Origin: Candidatus Latescibacterota bacterium
GTDB taxonomy: Bacteria; Latescibacterota; UBA2968
Assembly (NCBI GenBank): GCA_965116885.1
Contig: OZ220741.1
Span: 2,720,001-2,784,000, forward strand
Length of the DNA stretch: 64,000 nt
Reading direction: 5' to 3'
Shown one piece after another: positions 26,725 through 37,491 of the stretch. The notes under the pieces are model-generated. The model was not told the DNA's origin. It did not search any database and was given only the letters and a program-made list of their open reading frames with translations. Within the stretch, counting starts at the first letter, position 1. Every line of letters starts with the position of its first letter. A program made the translations under genes and the position numbers.

Positions 26725-28086
26725 TTATCCCAATAATTTCTGTTCCCATGTTTTTATGTATTCTTCGGGCGATAGGTGGCTGTCCGGCGCGCTTCGATGT
26801 TTGTCGTACATATCTTCTGCTTGTGCTGCTATGACCTCTGGATCTTCGGGGATTTCGCCCTGGTCGCCGTAGGTTTCGATCCAGTTGTCGAGGCGCGCGC
26901 GAAGGTCGTTGAGCGCGTTCTGATGGTCTGGCGATTCTGCGAGGTTTTCGACTTCGTGGGGGTCGGCTTGCAGGTCGTAGAGTTCTTCGTAAGGGCGATA
27001 GGGCGCGAGGAATTTTGCCTGTGCTTCGGTGAGTTTGCCTTCTTTGCCGAGCAGGGGCAGGAGTGTCCAGAGGGGGTATTGCTGGTATTTGTAGCGGTTG
27101 AATTGCATGTAGGGGCGGTCGGGGTGATAGTTGCGTATGTATTTGTAGTTTTTGGTGCGTACGCAGCGGATGCGATCTACTGTGCCGTCACATCGGTCGC
27201 GTGCTGAGAAGACTTCACTGCGGGATTTTGCATCGGGACCCAGGAAGATGTTGCCCTCCATTTCCGGGGGGATGTCTAAGCCCGCGAGCGAGAGCGCGGT
27301 GGGTGCGAGGTCTATGCCGCTGACGAGTTCGTCGCTTACGACGCCTGCGTCGATGTGCCCGGGCCAGCGCACAATGCAGGGTATGCGAATGCCGCCGTCG
27401 TAGAGGAATTGTTTGTCGCGGATATGCGCGCGTCCGTGATCGGCGATGAGGAAGACGATGGTGTTGTCGGCGACCCCTTCGTCTTCGAGGCGCTGGAGCA
27501 CCTGGCCGACTTTGCGGTCAAAGACCTGAGCACTTTCGAGATACATGGCCCAATCTTTTCTGATGAGGGGGTGATCGGGATAATAAGGCGGGATCTCTAC
27601 GGCGTCGGGATCGACGGGGTTTTGCGGGTCGGGCGTGAAGTTGCGATGTGTGTCTGTGATGTTGTTCTGGGCGTAAAAGGGCTGGCCCTCGGCGCGTTGG
27701 GTCCAGTCAATGCCGTCAAAGACGCCGTTGCGCTGGAAGTTGAAGTCGGTTTTGCCGGGTTTGTCAAAGGGCGGTCCCGGGCTGTTGCAGGTGTAATATC
27801 CCGCATCGCGGAAGTAGTCGGTGATGAGGCGAATGTGTTCGGGCAATGGGGTGTCGCGCTTGCTGCGGTGATTGTGCGCGCCAAAGCTGGTTTGATAGCG
27901 GCCGGTGATGATGGCCGATCTGCTCGGGGAACACACCGGGCAGGTGACAAATGCATTTGTAAATAGTGTGCCTTCCGATGCGAGTTTGTCGATGTTGGGT
28001 GTTTGCACGGCTGGCGTGCCATAGCAGGCGAGGTTGGGATAGAGGTCTTCGCCGTAGATCCAGAGGATATTGGGTTTATTGGGCAT
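26725..28086 (-). CDS. Sulfatase (sulfamidase-like)
   Basis: KPNILWIYGED, CSPSRS, GKTD, DHGR, ARDR.D, EELYDL. Confidence 0.9.
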   Translation of the reverse strand: MPNKPNILWIYGEDLYPNLACYGTPAVQTPNIDKLASEGTLFTNAFVTCPVCSPSRSAIITGRYQTSFGAHNHRSKRDTPLPEHIRLITDYFRDAGYYTCNSPGPPFDKPGKTDFNFQRNGVFDGIDWTQRAEGQPFYAQNNITDTHRNFTPDPQNPVDPDAVEIPPYYPDHPLIRKDWAMYLESAQVFDRKVGQVLQRLEDEGVADNTIVFLIADHGRAHIRDKQFLYDGGIRIPCIVRWPGHIDAGVVSDELVSGIDLAPTALSLAGLDIPPEMEGNIFLGPDAKSRSEVFSARDRCDGTVDRIRCVRTKNYKYIRNYHPDRPYMQFNRYKYQQYPLWTLLPLLGKEGKLTEAQAKFLAPYRPYEELYDLQADPHEVENLAESPDHQNALNDLRARLDNWIETYGDQGEIPEDPEVIAAQAEDMYDKHRSAPDSHLSPEEYIKTWEQKLLG

Positions 28087-28130
28087 AGTGAGAGATCTTT
28101 CTGTGTGTGGTTTGAGCTGTCGTGCAATGT

Positions 28131-28159
28131 TGTAGGGGCAGGCCCCTGTGCCTGCCCGT
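28131..28159 (+). repeat. GTAG REP-like element
   Basis: tgtaggggcaggcccctgtgcctgcccgt. Confidence 0.75.
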
Positions 28160-28173
28160 TGGTCTATTCGTCT

Positions 28174-28977
28174 TTATCGCGCGCCGCATGCTTGCAAGGA
28201 TGCTTGCATGTGTCCGCGGGTTTCCGCGCCGATGATGCAACATTGTTCCAGGCTGTGTCCCTGTGCTCTTGTGCCGATGACTTCGAGGTTGACGGGTCCG
28301 TCGTAACCGTTTTCGTGCAGGACGCGGATATAACCGACGAGGTCGATGTCGCCGCGACCATTGGCCTGGTTTGCAGGGTCACCGGGACCGCGCTCGCGGC
28401 CTTTGCAGTCGCGGATGTGGACGTGTTTGACGCGCGAGACAACGGCTGCGATGGCTTCAACTGGATTTTCGTTCGCGCGGTGGATGTGCGAGGGGTCCAT
28501 GTCAATGCCAAAGGCGGGAGATGAGATGGCTTCCATCGCCCGCAGGGTGGTTGGGGTGTTGTAGATGGCTGCACCCACATGGGCTTTGACGCAGAGGGTT
28601 ACGCCGTATGTTTCGGCTCTGTTGGCGAGGTTGCCGAGGGAGTCGATGCTTTGCTGAAAGGTTTCTTCGTCATCCGATTTTCCACCCGGACCGCAATTGA
28701 CTACGGGGATACCGGCTTCGTTTGCAGCTTGAAATGCTTTTTCCATCATTTCAGGATCTTGTCTGGGTTGTTCCATGGCGAGGAGTTCGAGGCCGTATTC
28801 ACGTCCCAGACGTCTGGCTTCCCGGGCTGTTTCGCGCCAGTTGTCGAGGACGAGGTGCTGGCTCATGCCGCCAATTGCCGCAACTTCTATGCCGTCGTAT
28901 CCTGCCATGGCGGTGTACTTAAAAGCGGTTTCCATGTCCCACGCGCCAAAAAGAACAGAGTTGAGTCCGAGTTTCAT
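28174..28977 (-). CDS. Sugar phosphate isomerase/epimerase (xylose-isomerase-like TIM barrel)
   Basis: AGYDGIE, DMDPSH, HVHIRD, GRGDID, GYDGPVNLE. Confidence 0.85.
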   Translation of the reverse strand: MKLGLNSVLFGAWDMETAFKYTAMAGYDGIEVAAIGGMSQHLVLDNWRETAREARRLGREYGLELLAMEQPRQDPEMMEKAFQAANEAGIPVVNCGPGGKSDDEETFQQSIDSLGNLANRAETYGVTLCVKAHVGAAIYNTPTTLRAMEAISSPAFGIDMDPSHIHRANENPVEAIAAVVSRVKHVHIRDCKGRERGPGDPANQANGRGDIDLVGYIRVLHENGYDGPVNLEVIGTRAQGHSLEQCCIIGAETRGHMQASLQACGAR

Positions 28978-28996
28978 GTTTCCTCCTGTAAGGGGT

Positions 28997-30052
28997 TTAT
29001 TGATTCTGCATCGCTGGCAAGTCCGTGCGCGATCCGCGTACGTCTATCGCTTCTCTGGAGAGCCGAGCCTGGGGTGATTCACCATTTAAGATTCGTTCAA
29101 AATCATCGCCGATGACTTCGGCGACTTGCAAGTTCGCGTCTCGCGTGCGCCCGGCAATGTGGGGGGTGTGGACCACATTGTTCCGATTGCGCAATAGATC
29201 GTCTGTGGGCACTGGTTCGTTGTCATATACGTCAAATGCACCGGCGAGTTCGTTGGCGATAATGCGTTCCCGCAATGCGTCCATATCGACGGCATGTGCG
29301 CGGGTGGTGATTACGATTAGGCTGCCTTTGCGCAATCGATAGATGCGTTCCCGCGATAGGATTTTTCTGGCAGATGGCGTTGGCGGTATGGTGACGACGA
29401 CTATCTCGCATTCATCTACAAGGGTGTCCATTTCCACGCCTTCTACGCCGAGTTCATCCAATCGCGATTTTGGAATAAATGGATCGTAGCCCAGCACGCG
29501 CGAGCCGAGGGCGTTGCACCACGATGCCATCCGTCCGCCGATTTGTCCCAGTCCCATGACGCCGACGGTTTTTGTTCCCAATGTGCCGTTGACGAAATCT
29601 GGATTGTCGCAAAATTGCACGTATTCAAAATTCCACAGGCGTTCCCCCGATGCCATGCGCTTGTGCCATTGCGGTATCATGCGCAGGGCATTTAATGTCA
29701 GGGCGAGTGTGATTTCTGCGACAGATGCCGCCCACGCGCGCGTGCCATCAATGATGGGGATGTCGCGTTCAAACATGCCATCGACCGGAAGAGAGCGATG
29801 ACCCCAATTATCCAGGACTCCTCCCACTGCTTTCAATTCGGGCGCGCGTGCCAAACACGCGTCTGTCAACTGTCCGCCGAATAGCGCGATGGCGGATATA
29901 TGCGATAAATCCGTCAATTCCGAAAGAGGTGATCCGCGTTCTACCTGTACCACGCGCACTTCATCTATTTCATTCAGCCGCGCCATCAGTGCCTCTGGCA
30001 CAAACGGCCATGACCGTTCCAGATTTTCTGTCCGAGCAAACAGAATCGCCAT
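28997..30052 (-). CDS. D-isomer-specific 2-hydroxyacid dehydrogenase
   Basis: TVGVMGLGQIG, YDPF, TTRA, DVYDNEP, TPHIAG. Confidence 0.88.
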   Translation of the reverse strand: MAILFARTENLERSWPFVPEALMARLNEIDEVRVVQVERGSPLSELTDLSHISAIALFGGQLTDACLARAPELKAVGGVLDNWGHRSLPVDGMFERDIPIIDGTRAWAASVAEITLALTLNALRMIPQWHKRMASGERLWNFEYVQFCDNPDFVNGTLGTKTVGVMGLGQIGGRMASWCNALGSRVLGYDPFIPKSRLDELGVEGVEMDTLVDECEIVVVTIPPTPSARKILSRERIYRLRKGSLIVITTRAHAVDMDALRERIIANELAGAFDVYDNEPVPTDDLLRNRNNVVHTPHIAGRTRDANLQVAEVIGDDFERILNGESPQARLSREAIDVRGSRTDLPAMQNQ

Positions 30053-30222
30053 TGTCCATCCTTTCTATTGACTATAAAAAATAACATAGAGCGACAAGAT
30101 AATGCGTCTTGCCTGGACAAACAAGAACCAAAAAATGCGGATGTATTGTGGGAGGGGAAGGAGGCGGGGTGAGACGGGAAACGAGTTCGCCCAGCACCGG
30201 GCGAACTCGCAGTTTTCATAGC

Positions 30223-31431
30223 CTACGGCGCGAGCATCAGGGCGATGCCGTGTGGATTGACCAATCCAGTGGTGACGAGGGCTTCGGGACTGGAGCCGTC
30301 GAGGTTGGCACGCCAGATTTTACCGTTATCGACGTTACCGGTGCCAGCATCTACCCAGTACATCTTTGGGGGATCGCTTGTCAGGTCCAGAGCAATATCG
30401 CGCGGAGCGGTGGCCGGGCCAGCGAGTGACTGCCCGCCGAATGTTCTGGTGTTGAGGATATCTTCTGGTTCAGTACCATCTAAATTGGCACGCCGTATTC
30501 TATCCCTGACGATGTCTGTCCAGTACATTTTTCCCGCGGCCACATCCAGAGCAATGCCTCTTGGAACCCGCAAGAAGTTTTCGTAGGTGAGAAGGGTTTC
30601 GACGTTGGAGCCATCGAGGTTGGCGCGCTGGATTTTATCGTCTTGAAGTGGGTTGGGGGCACCCGTGCCGGAGTCTGTCCAGTACATTTTGCCTCCGGCC
30701 ACATCCAGGGCGATGCCCTGTGGATTAACCAATCCAGTAGTGACGAGGGCTTCGGGACTGGAGCCGTCGAGGTTGGCGCGCTGGATTTTACCATTATCGA
30801 CATTGGCCCTGCCAGCATCTACCCAGTACATCTTTGGAGGATCGCTTGTCAGGTCCAGGGCAATGTCGCGCGGGGTGGTGGCCGGACCGGGAAGTGACTG
30901 CCCGCCGATTGTTCTGGTATCTATGACCAGTTCTATGTCAGAACCATCGAAGTTGGCACGCCGGATACTATCTGTGACGGAGTCTGTCCAGTACATTTTT
31001 CCCGCGGCTATATCCAGAGCAATGCCCCTTGGAAGTCGCAATTGGTTTTGGAAGGTGAGGAGGGTTTCAACGTTGGAGCCATCGAGGTTGGCGCGCTGGA
31101 TTTTATCATCCTGTAGAGGGTTGTCGCCACCCGTGCCGGAGTCTGTCCAGTATATTTTGCCCATAGCCTTAGGTGCTTCTTTGCCAAAGCTTCCAGCGAA
31201 TATCAGGAAGTCGCCAAATCCGACCTCGCCGTCGCCATCCAGATCGAATCGGGCTTCATACCTTTCATCGCCCTGACGTGCTCCGAACTTACCGGCAAAG
31301 AGCAAGAAGTCAGTAAAATCGACCTCGCCACTCGCATCAAAGTCCGGATTACCTGATTGTGATCCAATCTTGGCCTGAAGCGGTTGCGTTAGCAGACCGA
31401 TGGATAGGATTGCGAGGATTAATAAACGCAT
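30223..31431 (-). CDS. Secreted protein: EF-hand/dockerin-like domain + six YWTD (LDL-receptor class B) repeats
   Basis: Signal peptide; DFDASGEVDFTDFLLF / DLDGDGEVGFGDFLIF; six K(I/M)YW(T/V)D..RAN(L/F)DG units. Confidence 0.85.
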   Translation of the reverse strand: MRLLILAILSIGLLTQPLQAKIGSQSGNPDFDASGEVDFTDFLLFAGKFGARQGDERYEARFDLDGDGEVGFGDFLIFAGSFGKEAPKAMGKIYWTDSGTGGDNPLQDDKIQRANLDGSNVETLLTFQNQLRLPRGIALDIAAGKMYWTDSVTDSIRRANFDGSDIELVIDTRTIGGQSLPGPATTPRDIALDLTSDPPKMYWVDAGRANVDNGKIQRANLDGSSPEALVTTGLVNPQGIALDVAGGKMYWTDSGTGAPNPLQDDKIQRANLDGSNVETLLTYENFLRVPRGIALDVAAGKMYWTDIVRDRIRRANLDGTEPEDILNTRTFGGQSLAGPATAPRDIALDLTSDPPKMYWVDAGTGNVDNGKIWRANLDGSSPEALVTTGLVNPHGIALMLAP

Positions 31432-31653
31432 GGTTTTCCTCCTGATTGTGGGGGTTTAAGCGCTTTTATTAGCCCTTATAAGGCATGATAACATGAGAGA
31501 CATGGATTTGCCAAATAAAAATAATCATGATGCCCGAACGCGAGAATCTGTCTTTGATTCCCGTGTATTCGGCTGTACATAAATTTTTTGACTTATGCGT
31601 TTTGTATGTTATCATGCGTTTATATAAACCACAACTCATCAGGAGATTTGACT

Positions 31654-32406
31654 ATGAGTAGCAAAGTTGCAATTGTCACTGGCGCGGGCAGCGGGATTGG
31701 CAAACACACGACCCTTGCCTTTTTGGATGCGGGATATTCTGTGACCCTGGCAGGACGACGGGAAGAAACTTTGAATGCCACGGTAAGTGAAGCGGGTGTA
31801 GATGGTTCAAAAACGCTTGTTGTGCCGACAGATGTTGGCGATCCAGCGTCTGTGGCAAATCTTTTTGCACGGACAAAAGAGAAATTTGGACGTCTGGATG
31901 TGCTTTTCAATAATGCGGGTGTGGGCGCGCCTGGCGTCAATCTCGAGGATTTGACTTTTGAGCAATGGCAAACGGTGGTCAATACCAATTTAACGGGTGT
32001 CTTTCTGTGTACTCAGGAGGCGTTTAAGATTATGAAAGACCAGACGCCCCGGGGTGGGCGGATCATCAATAATGGATCGATATCGGCGCATGTTCCCCGT
32101 CCAAATTCTGCGCCTTATACGGCGACCAAACACGCGGTGTCCGGTCTGACCAGATCTGCTTCGCTCGATGGGCGCAAATACGATATCGCCTGCGGGCAAA
32201 TCGATATTGGCAATGCAGCGACCGATATGACCGAGCGCATGAAAGGGGGCGTTCCGCAAGCCAATGGATCTACTCTGGTAGAGCCTACGATGGATGTCAG
32301 GGGCGTCGCACAAGCCGTGCTCAATATGGCGAGTCTTCCATTAGATGCAAATGTTCAGTTTATGACGATTATGGCGACTAAGATGCCTTATATTGGTCGC
32401 GGATAA
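31654..32406 (+). CDS. Short-chain dehydrogenase/reductase
   Basis: ATG 31654 with [22 protein letters not shown]. Confidence 0.92.
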   Translation: MSSKVAIVTGAGSGIGKHTTLAFLDAGYSVTLAGRREETLNATVSEAGVDGSKTLVVPTDVGDPASVANLFARTKEKFGRLDVLFNNAGVGAPGVNLEDLTFEQWQTVVNTNLTGVFLCTQEAFKIMKDQTPRGGRIINNGSISAHVPRPNSAPYTATKHAVSGLTRSASLDGRKYDIACGQIDIGNAATDMTERMKGGVPQANGSTLVEPTMDVRGVAQAVLNMASLPLDANVQFMTIMATKMPYIGRG

Positions 32407-32441
32407 AAAAAAGACCGGACGTTTTGTCCGGTCTTTTTTTT
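32405..32441. terminator. Bidirectional intrinsic terminator
   Basis: A8-gaccggac-gtttt-gtccggtc-T8. Confidence 0.92.
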
Positions 32442-32458
32442 GTACTATGGGAGAGGGG

Positions 32459-34945
32459 TTACATCCCCAGCATGTATGAGACTTTTACGAGAACGGCCCG
32501 GTTTCTTTCATTCCATTGTCGCAAGACATCCCGGTCATCCAGGTTATGGTCGTAAGTCACATCAAAGCCCTGGTCATAGACAAAGTAAATATCACTGCCG
32601 GGGCGGAAACGGTAATTCAGCAATACGTTTACACTGGCCTGTTCGCGGTCATTATTCCACTGGGCGAATAGTTTGACATAAAAATCCGTGGAAAATGAAT
32701 AGATCAAGCGGTTGCTCAAGACCTGAATATTGAAGTTGCCCTGGGGCAAGCGCAGCCAGTTGACTTCGTAATCTGTTTCAATCGAAAGTTTTCCCGAAGG
32801 TCTGTAGCTGTTTTCGAGTGAAAGTTTATATCGCTTGCCCGTGTAATAGTTGCCGATTTCAATGTCGAACTCGGGGCGGACTTTCCGCGAGCGGCTCGGA
32901 TAGGGACCGGTTCCGAATTTCGTAAAATTGTATGTGCCGTGTGGAATAATTATATCTGGTCGTTTTTTCGATGGCTTGAACGTGCGCTCGACCACGTCGT
33001 GCGTTCGCGCAAATTCTACCCGATACCAGTCTCCGGCGTTGAATCGCGTGTAAGTAGATACCCGCAAGTCCCAGAATTTGACTTTGTTTATTGGGTCACT
33101 GGGATCTGTAAAGAGCCTGAACCTCGGTCCTGTGGATATATAGCGAATGAGATCCGTGTTGGCGGGTATTCGCGCTCTGAATTGTGCTTCGTATCGCCGG
33201 AGTCTCTTCAATCCCGCGCGGCGGTTGACAAACCCGGCTTTGGGTAGAAAATGCTCTCCAATATCGACGTATTTTAGCGTACTGGAATAAATACCCCCCG
33301 AATAGGTGGCCTGTAAAAATCCCGCAGCCCCTGTCTGGGCGTCTTCAGCAGAATCCCAGGTTTGCGCGTAAAATCCCTGAAAATTGAGGGCATTGGATGG
33401 CGAGAAACTGAAATCAAGGCCGGCAGCGCGGTTGTATTGGTCCCAACCTGAGTCCGGAACAGGGGTTTGTTTGTTCACGACAATGGCACCGATATTTGAT
33501 CGCGCTATCACGTCGTGTTTCAGGCGTAACACCGAGAAATTGCTGCGCTGGACAAATGTATCATCGTGAAGCGTTTTGGAATCCGTCAACACATTCAATG
33601 CGCCAATGCTCGTCTTGCCAGCTTTGCCCGCCAGTTTGCTGCCCAATAGAATGGGTACGGGTTCCCCAGATTCCAGGCCGATTCGCCGGCTGTAAAATAA
33701 AATAGTAGGTGGTCGGCTGTCCCCGCCGCGTCTCGTGGCGGCTTCGCCAAAATCAAAGAGGTTGGATCCCTCCAGGAAGAATTCTCGCTTTTCGGGAAAG
33801 AATTGCGAGAATTGCGTCAGGTTTACTTCCTCTTGGTCCCCTTCAACCTGAGCAAAATCGGTATTATAAGACAGGTCCAGTATCATATTGGGCGTGAGGC
33901 CATACCGCACATCTACACCGGATTCAAAAGTACTTTGTGCAGATGGGTCCTCCGCACGCAAATCTTTTAGCGCGCCGGGCAAAATGTATGGCTTGATCTG
34001 AAATACGCGGCGGGTCTTTAAGGATTTTAGTCCCCTGAGTTCTGCGAGATCTGTTGTGCGATAGCGCTGTGTTGGAGATGTCGATCTTTGTCCGATCATC
34101 AGTGCTGTCGATTCGGTTTTGCGGGCAATAAATCGCGCGAGGTTAATACCCCATACCGCATCATCTTCTTCTTTAAAGCGCAGTTGATCGAATGGAATCG
34201 CCACCTCAACCGACCATCCTTTGTCGTGCCGGTGGCCTTTGGCTTCCCAGATACAATCCCAATCATCGTTGTAGGTGCGGCCTTCTCGCGATAGGATCAG
34301 ATCGCGTTTTGCACCCAGGGAGTTGACGAAGAAGAATGCGCCAGTTTGACGGTCGTTATAAGTGTCCAGAAGTATTTGCACATTGTCATCGCCCCATACT
34401 TCGGAATCGCGTCGCATGTTATTTGCCACGATTTTGTGTGGCTCAGAATCAAAACATTCAAATCCGAAGTAAATTTTTGCCCGGTCGTAAACAATACGGG
34501 CTGTTGTGCGTTCTGTGCTCGGCACCCAGTAGCCCGGGTCGCGCTGTACAAATCCCTCAATGGGTTTTGCATTCTGCCAGGCAGGGTCGTCCAAACGCCC
34601 GTCCATTTTGGGACCTTTATCCACGCGGGTGGCATAAACAGCGCGCGGTGCATCGTCAGAAGTCTGTGTGGTGACAACGCGAATGCGATCCGATACTTTT
34701 ACTGGTGAGCCGTTTTCTTCGACTACGCGCGCTACGAGTACGTCGTCGTCGAGTTTTTTGATGACCTGAAGCGTTGACCCATTGTCCATCTGCAATTGGC
34801 TTCCCAGGGTCGCCGCCCCGTTGAGTCCAGATACATAAGCGAGATCGCCCGTGATTTCTTTGACAATACCGGCTGTGTCATCACTATTAGCCGACGGCGC
34901 GCAAATCGCTATACAGATAAGCCCAAGCAAGCACGCTCTGATCAT
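32459..34945 (-). CDS. CBM9-like + DUF5916 outer-membrane protein
   Basis: Signal peptide; MDGRLDDPAW, GWSVEVAIPFDQLRF, NTDFAQVE.D, FFPEKREFFLEG, FYSRRIG; ends VKVSYMLGM. Confidence 0.82.
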   Translation of the reverse strand: MIRACLLGLICIAICAPSANSDDTAGIVKEITGDLAYVSGLNGAATLGSQLQMDNGSTLQVIKKLDDDVLVARVVEENGSPVKVSDRIRVVTTQTSDDAPRAVYATRVDKGPKMDGRLDDPAWQNAKPIEGFVQRDPGYWVPSTERTTARIVYDRAKIYFGFECFDSEPHKIVANNMRRDSEVWGDDNVQILLDTYNDRQTGAFFFVNSLGAKRDLILSREGRTYNDDWDCIWEAKGHRHDKGWSVEVAIPFDQLRFKEEDDAVWGINLARFIARKTESTALMIGQRSTSPTQRYRTTDLAELRGLKSLKTRRVFQIKPYILPGALKDLRAEDPSAQSTFESGVDVRYGLTPNMILDLSYNTDFAQVEGDQEEVNLTQFSQFFPEKREFFLEGSNLFDFGEAATRRGGDSRPPTILFYSRRIGLESGEPVPILLGSKLAGKAGKTSIGALNVLTDSKTLHDDTFVQRSNFSVLRLKHDVIARSNIGAIVVNKQTPVPDSGWDQYNRAAGLDFSFSPSNALNFQGFYAQTWDSAEDAQTGAAGFLQATYSGGIYSSTLKYVDIGEHFLPKAGFVNRRAGLKRLRRYEAQFRARIPANTDLIRYISTGPRFRLFTDPSDPINKVKFWDLRVSTYTRFNAGDWYRVEFARTHDVVERTFKPSKKRPDIIIPHGTYNFTKFGTGPYPSRSRKVRPEFDIEIGNYYTGKRYKLSLENSYRPSGKLSIETDYEVNWLRLPQGNFNIQVLSNRLIYSFSTDFYVKLFAQWNNDREQASVNVLLNYRFRPGSDIYFVYDQGFDVTYDHNLDDRDVLRQWNERNRAVLVKVSYMLGM

Positions 34946-35027
34946 ATTTTTGCTCCTGGATAGTGTTGGGAGCCGGTGATCGGTGGTTATTATTCAATGC
35001 TTCGCTACGGAGATAGGAATAGAGGTA

Positions 35028-35057
35028 TGTAGGGGCGGTGCCCCTGTGCCCGCCCGT
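35028..35057 (+). repeat. GTAG REP-like element
   Basis: tgtaggggcggtgcccctgtgcccgcccgt. Confidence 0.8.
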
Positions 35058-35158
35058 GCTGAGGCATCTGGCTCCAAGTAAGAACTTACTTACTTATACA
35101 TAATGTAATAAAAAATAAAAATTCCGCATCTTTTTTTCCAGGGGAGCAGGTGGGGAGC

Positions 35159-36601
35159 TCAGTACATATTGTCTTTTGTGGTGATGGGACACCAGCGGGA
35201 GTTAAATAGGGTGTGGAATAATATATCTCGTGCAGCCGGTGTGCCGATTTGTTTCAGCAGATATGCGGCGTAAAAGCGGTTGTAGCGGTTTTCGTCTTCG
35301 AGCATTGTTCCCAGTGCTTCAACTGCAATGTCGCCCGATTCTCCGAATTTTGCGAGGGTGAGGGCTGCGTTGCGACGCACGCGATAGTCTTCATCGCCGA
35401 GTACCTGTGTCAGATCAGAGCGTAGATCTGGGGAAAAATTGCCGATTGCGCCCAGGGCTTCGATTGCATTGCGGCGCACCCACCAGTGATTGTCTTTTAT
35501 CGCGTTTCTCAAAGCGGGCGCAGCAGCAACCGCATTTGATCCGATATGTCCCAATATATTGGCAGCAACCGCTCGTATCCACCAGTGATCGTCTGATAAT
35601 GTTTTTGTCAGGGCGGGGACTGCGGGTTCTCCTATGAATGAGAGGGATAGAGCCGCGCATCCACTCGTGGGATTTGTTCCATGGGCATTGTCCGGTGTTT
35701 TTGCTTCTGTTTCTTCAATTGTCGCGAGTGTTTCTTTTCGCATGGCGGCGATGAGCTCAGGTACGGCTTCTGCGCCGAATTCAGCGAGTTTATACGCTGC
35801 GTCCAATCGGTCACATTCCGATCCGTTCTTTAAGATTGAAATCCAATTTTTTAGATTGCTCTCTGGTGTCTCGCGTTCTTTTTGTGCGTTTCCGCACATC
35901 CAGTTCCATACGTTTTTTGATATGGCTGGATGCTTGTCTTCAATGCCGGGAGACCATACGCGGCTCTGATGATTCCATGTGGGTTTTTGCGGTTCCCGTG
36001 TGCGCGCAAATTGGAATTTCAGCATGTACCGATTTTTATTGCTGATATTTTCGGTTGCGCGGTGCCAGGAATCGAAGTGGATTAGAGCTACGGTGCCCGC
36101 AGGTCCGCAAAATGCGCGGGTTTTTTCTTTTGTTTGTGCGGGATCTACATCGCTGATGGTTTTGTATATTTGCATGCCGGGCAATACGCCCGAAGGTCCC
36201 ATATCCTCAGTTGTGTCTTGTGGAAAATAAAAAGCGAGTAGCCAGTAGAATTTCGGGTGTCGCAAATTGTGATCATATACATAACAGTCTTTGTGCCATC
36301 GCTGTCCGTTTCGTCCCGGGGGATTCAGGTGACAATGTCGATGGGGGTTCAAAATGTATCCCGGTCCGAGCAAGCTGGTGAGTGCCCCTTTTACGTTGGG
36401 GTGTTCAAACACCTGCCCGATTTGCGGTATCCGGGGCAAGATGTTATTGCCGGGATTGCCTTCTTTTTCAAAGACTGTCTCAATTTGATCATAGATATTT
36501 GCGTGGAATGAGGGCGGATAATCCGCGTGGACTGTCAGGCATCCATCCACGATAAATCGCTGTACTTCACCATCATTCAACAACCGCATTGGATCGGCCA
36601 T
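35159..36601 (-). CDS. PhyH-type dioxygenase domain fused to HEAT repeats
   Basis: WHKD...WHRA metal triad; repeats LSDDHWWIRAVAA, DNHWWVRRNA, DEDYRVRRNAA; start ATG 36601 with GAGGAG. Confidence 0.85.
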   Translation of the reverse strand: MADPMRLLNDGEVQRFIVDGCLTVHADYPPSFHANIYDQIETVFEKEGNPGNNILPRIPQIGQVFEHPNVKGALTSLLGPGYILNPHRHCHLNPPGRNGQRWHKDCYVYDHNLRHPKFYWLLAFYFPQDTTEDMGPSGVLPGMQIYKTISDVDPAQTKEKTRAFCGPAGTVALIHFDSWHRATENISNKNRYMLKFQFARTREPQKPTWNHQSRVWSPGIEDKHPAISKNVWNWMCGNAQKERETPESNLKNWISILKNGSECDRLDAAYKLAEFGAEAVPELIAAMRKETLATIEETEAKTPDNAHGTNPTSGCAALSLSFIGEPAVPALTKTLSDDHWWIRAVAANILGHIGSNAVAAAPALRNAIKDNHWWVRRNAIEALGAIGNFSPDLRSDLTQVLGDEDYRVRRNAALTLAKFGESGDIAVEALGTMLEDENRYNRFYAAYLLKQIGTPAARDILFHTLFNSRWCPITTKDNMY

Positions 36602-36612
36602 GGTGGGTCTCC

Positions 36613-37473
36613 TCAACTGAAAATTTCCACAAATTTCGCAACGCTCGTCCTGAATCCATCTTCAAATGTGCCGCCTTTGGGGCGATAGACGCTTTCGTAA
36701 GAGATTGCGCCCGCATATCCGTCGCGTTTGAGCGCGTTTGCAATGGGTTCCAGATATGGTCCCACGTCGCCTTCGCCCAGGGGATAGAATCCAACGGTCG
36801 CACGCGCTATATCGGCTTTTGCGTCTTTGATGTGGATATGGCCGATGTAATCGCGAATTTCATTGTAGGCATCGGGAAAGGGGATGTCTGTACAATACAT
36901 CGTATTGGGAATGTCCCACAGGAGTTTGAGGTGGGAGCTACCCAATTCGTCGATCAACTTTCGCGCCAGAAAGCCCGATGTGATCATGGCATTATTGCCC
37001 GTTTCAACGACGAGTGTCACACCTTCTTCTTCGGCTATTTGGATGGGTACGGCCATTAGTTTTACCAATTTGTCCCATGCACCAGCGGTGACAATCCAGT
37101 CTTCTGCGCCGTTGTATCCAAATAGTATCATTTCTTTTTTACAACTCATAATTCTGACGATATTTGTTCCGAGGGTTTTTGCAAGGGCAATGCACCGCCG
37201 CAATCCCGATACATGATCTTCAAATGCGGCATCTCCTATTTCGGTTTGCAATACGGGCAAGCCGCCAAAGTTGTGCCGCGAGATGCATGAGACTTCCATG
37301 TCGTGCTGATTGAGTAGTGTTTTTATGCGCGCCACTTGCCCGGCGTCGTGATCCCCTACTTCTCGATCCCATACAAACTGGAGTTCTGGATATCTCAGTC
37401 CGTATTCTGCCATGACATTCAACGCGTGTTCAAAATCCCTGCTGATTCCATCTGTAATTACACCGAGTTTCAC
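36613..37473 (-). CDS. Sugar phosphate isomerase/epimerase (TIM barrel)
   Basis: KLGVITDGIS, LVVET, LLWD..N, HIHIKD, GEGDV, SYES. Confidence 0.85.
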   Translation of the reverse strand: MKLGVITDGISRDFEHALNVMAEYGLRYPELQFVWDREVGDHDAGQVARIKTLLNQHDMEVSCISRHNFGGLPVLQTEIGDAAFEDHVSGLRRCIALAKTLGTNIVRIMSCKKEMILFGYNGAEDWIVTAGAWDKLVKLMAVPIQIAEEEGVTLVVETGNNAMITSGFLARKLIDELGSSHLKLLWDIPNTMYCTDIPFPDAYNEIRDYIGHIHIKDAKADIARATVGFYPLGEGDVGPYLEPIANALKRDGYAGAISYESVYRPKGGTFEDGFRTSVAKFVEIFS

Positions 37474-37491
37474 AAGTAAGCTCCTGACTTG

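Noticed and set aside
35092..35120. dif-like site (cttatacataatgtaat)
   Set aside because: Only one Xer-like arm; the other side is an A tract. The similar half-site near 59570 also lacks a second arm.
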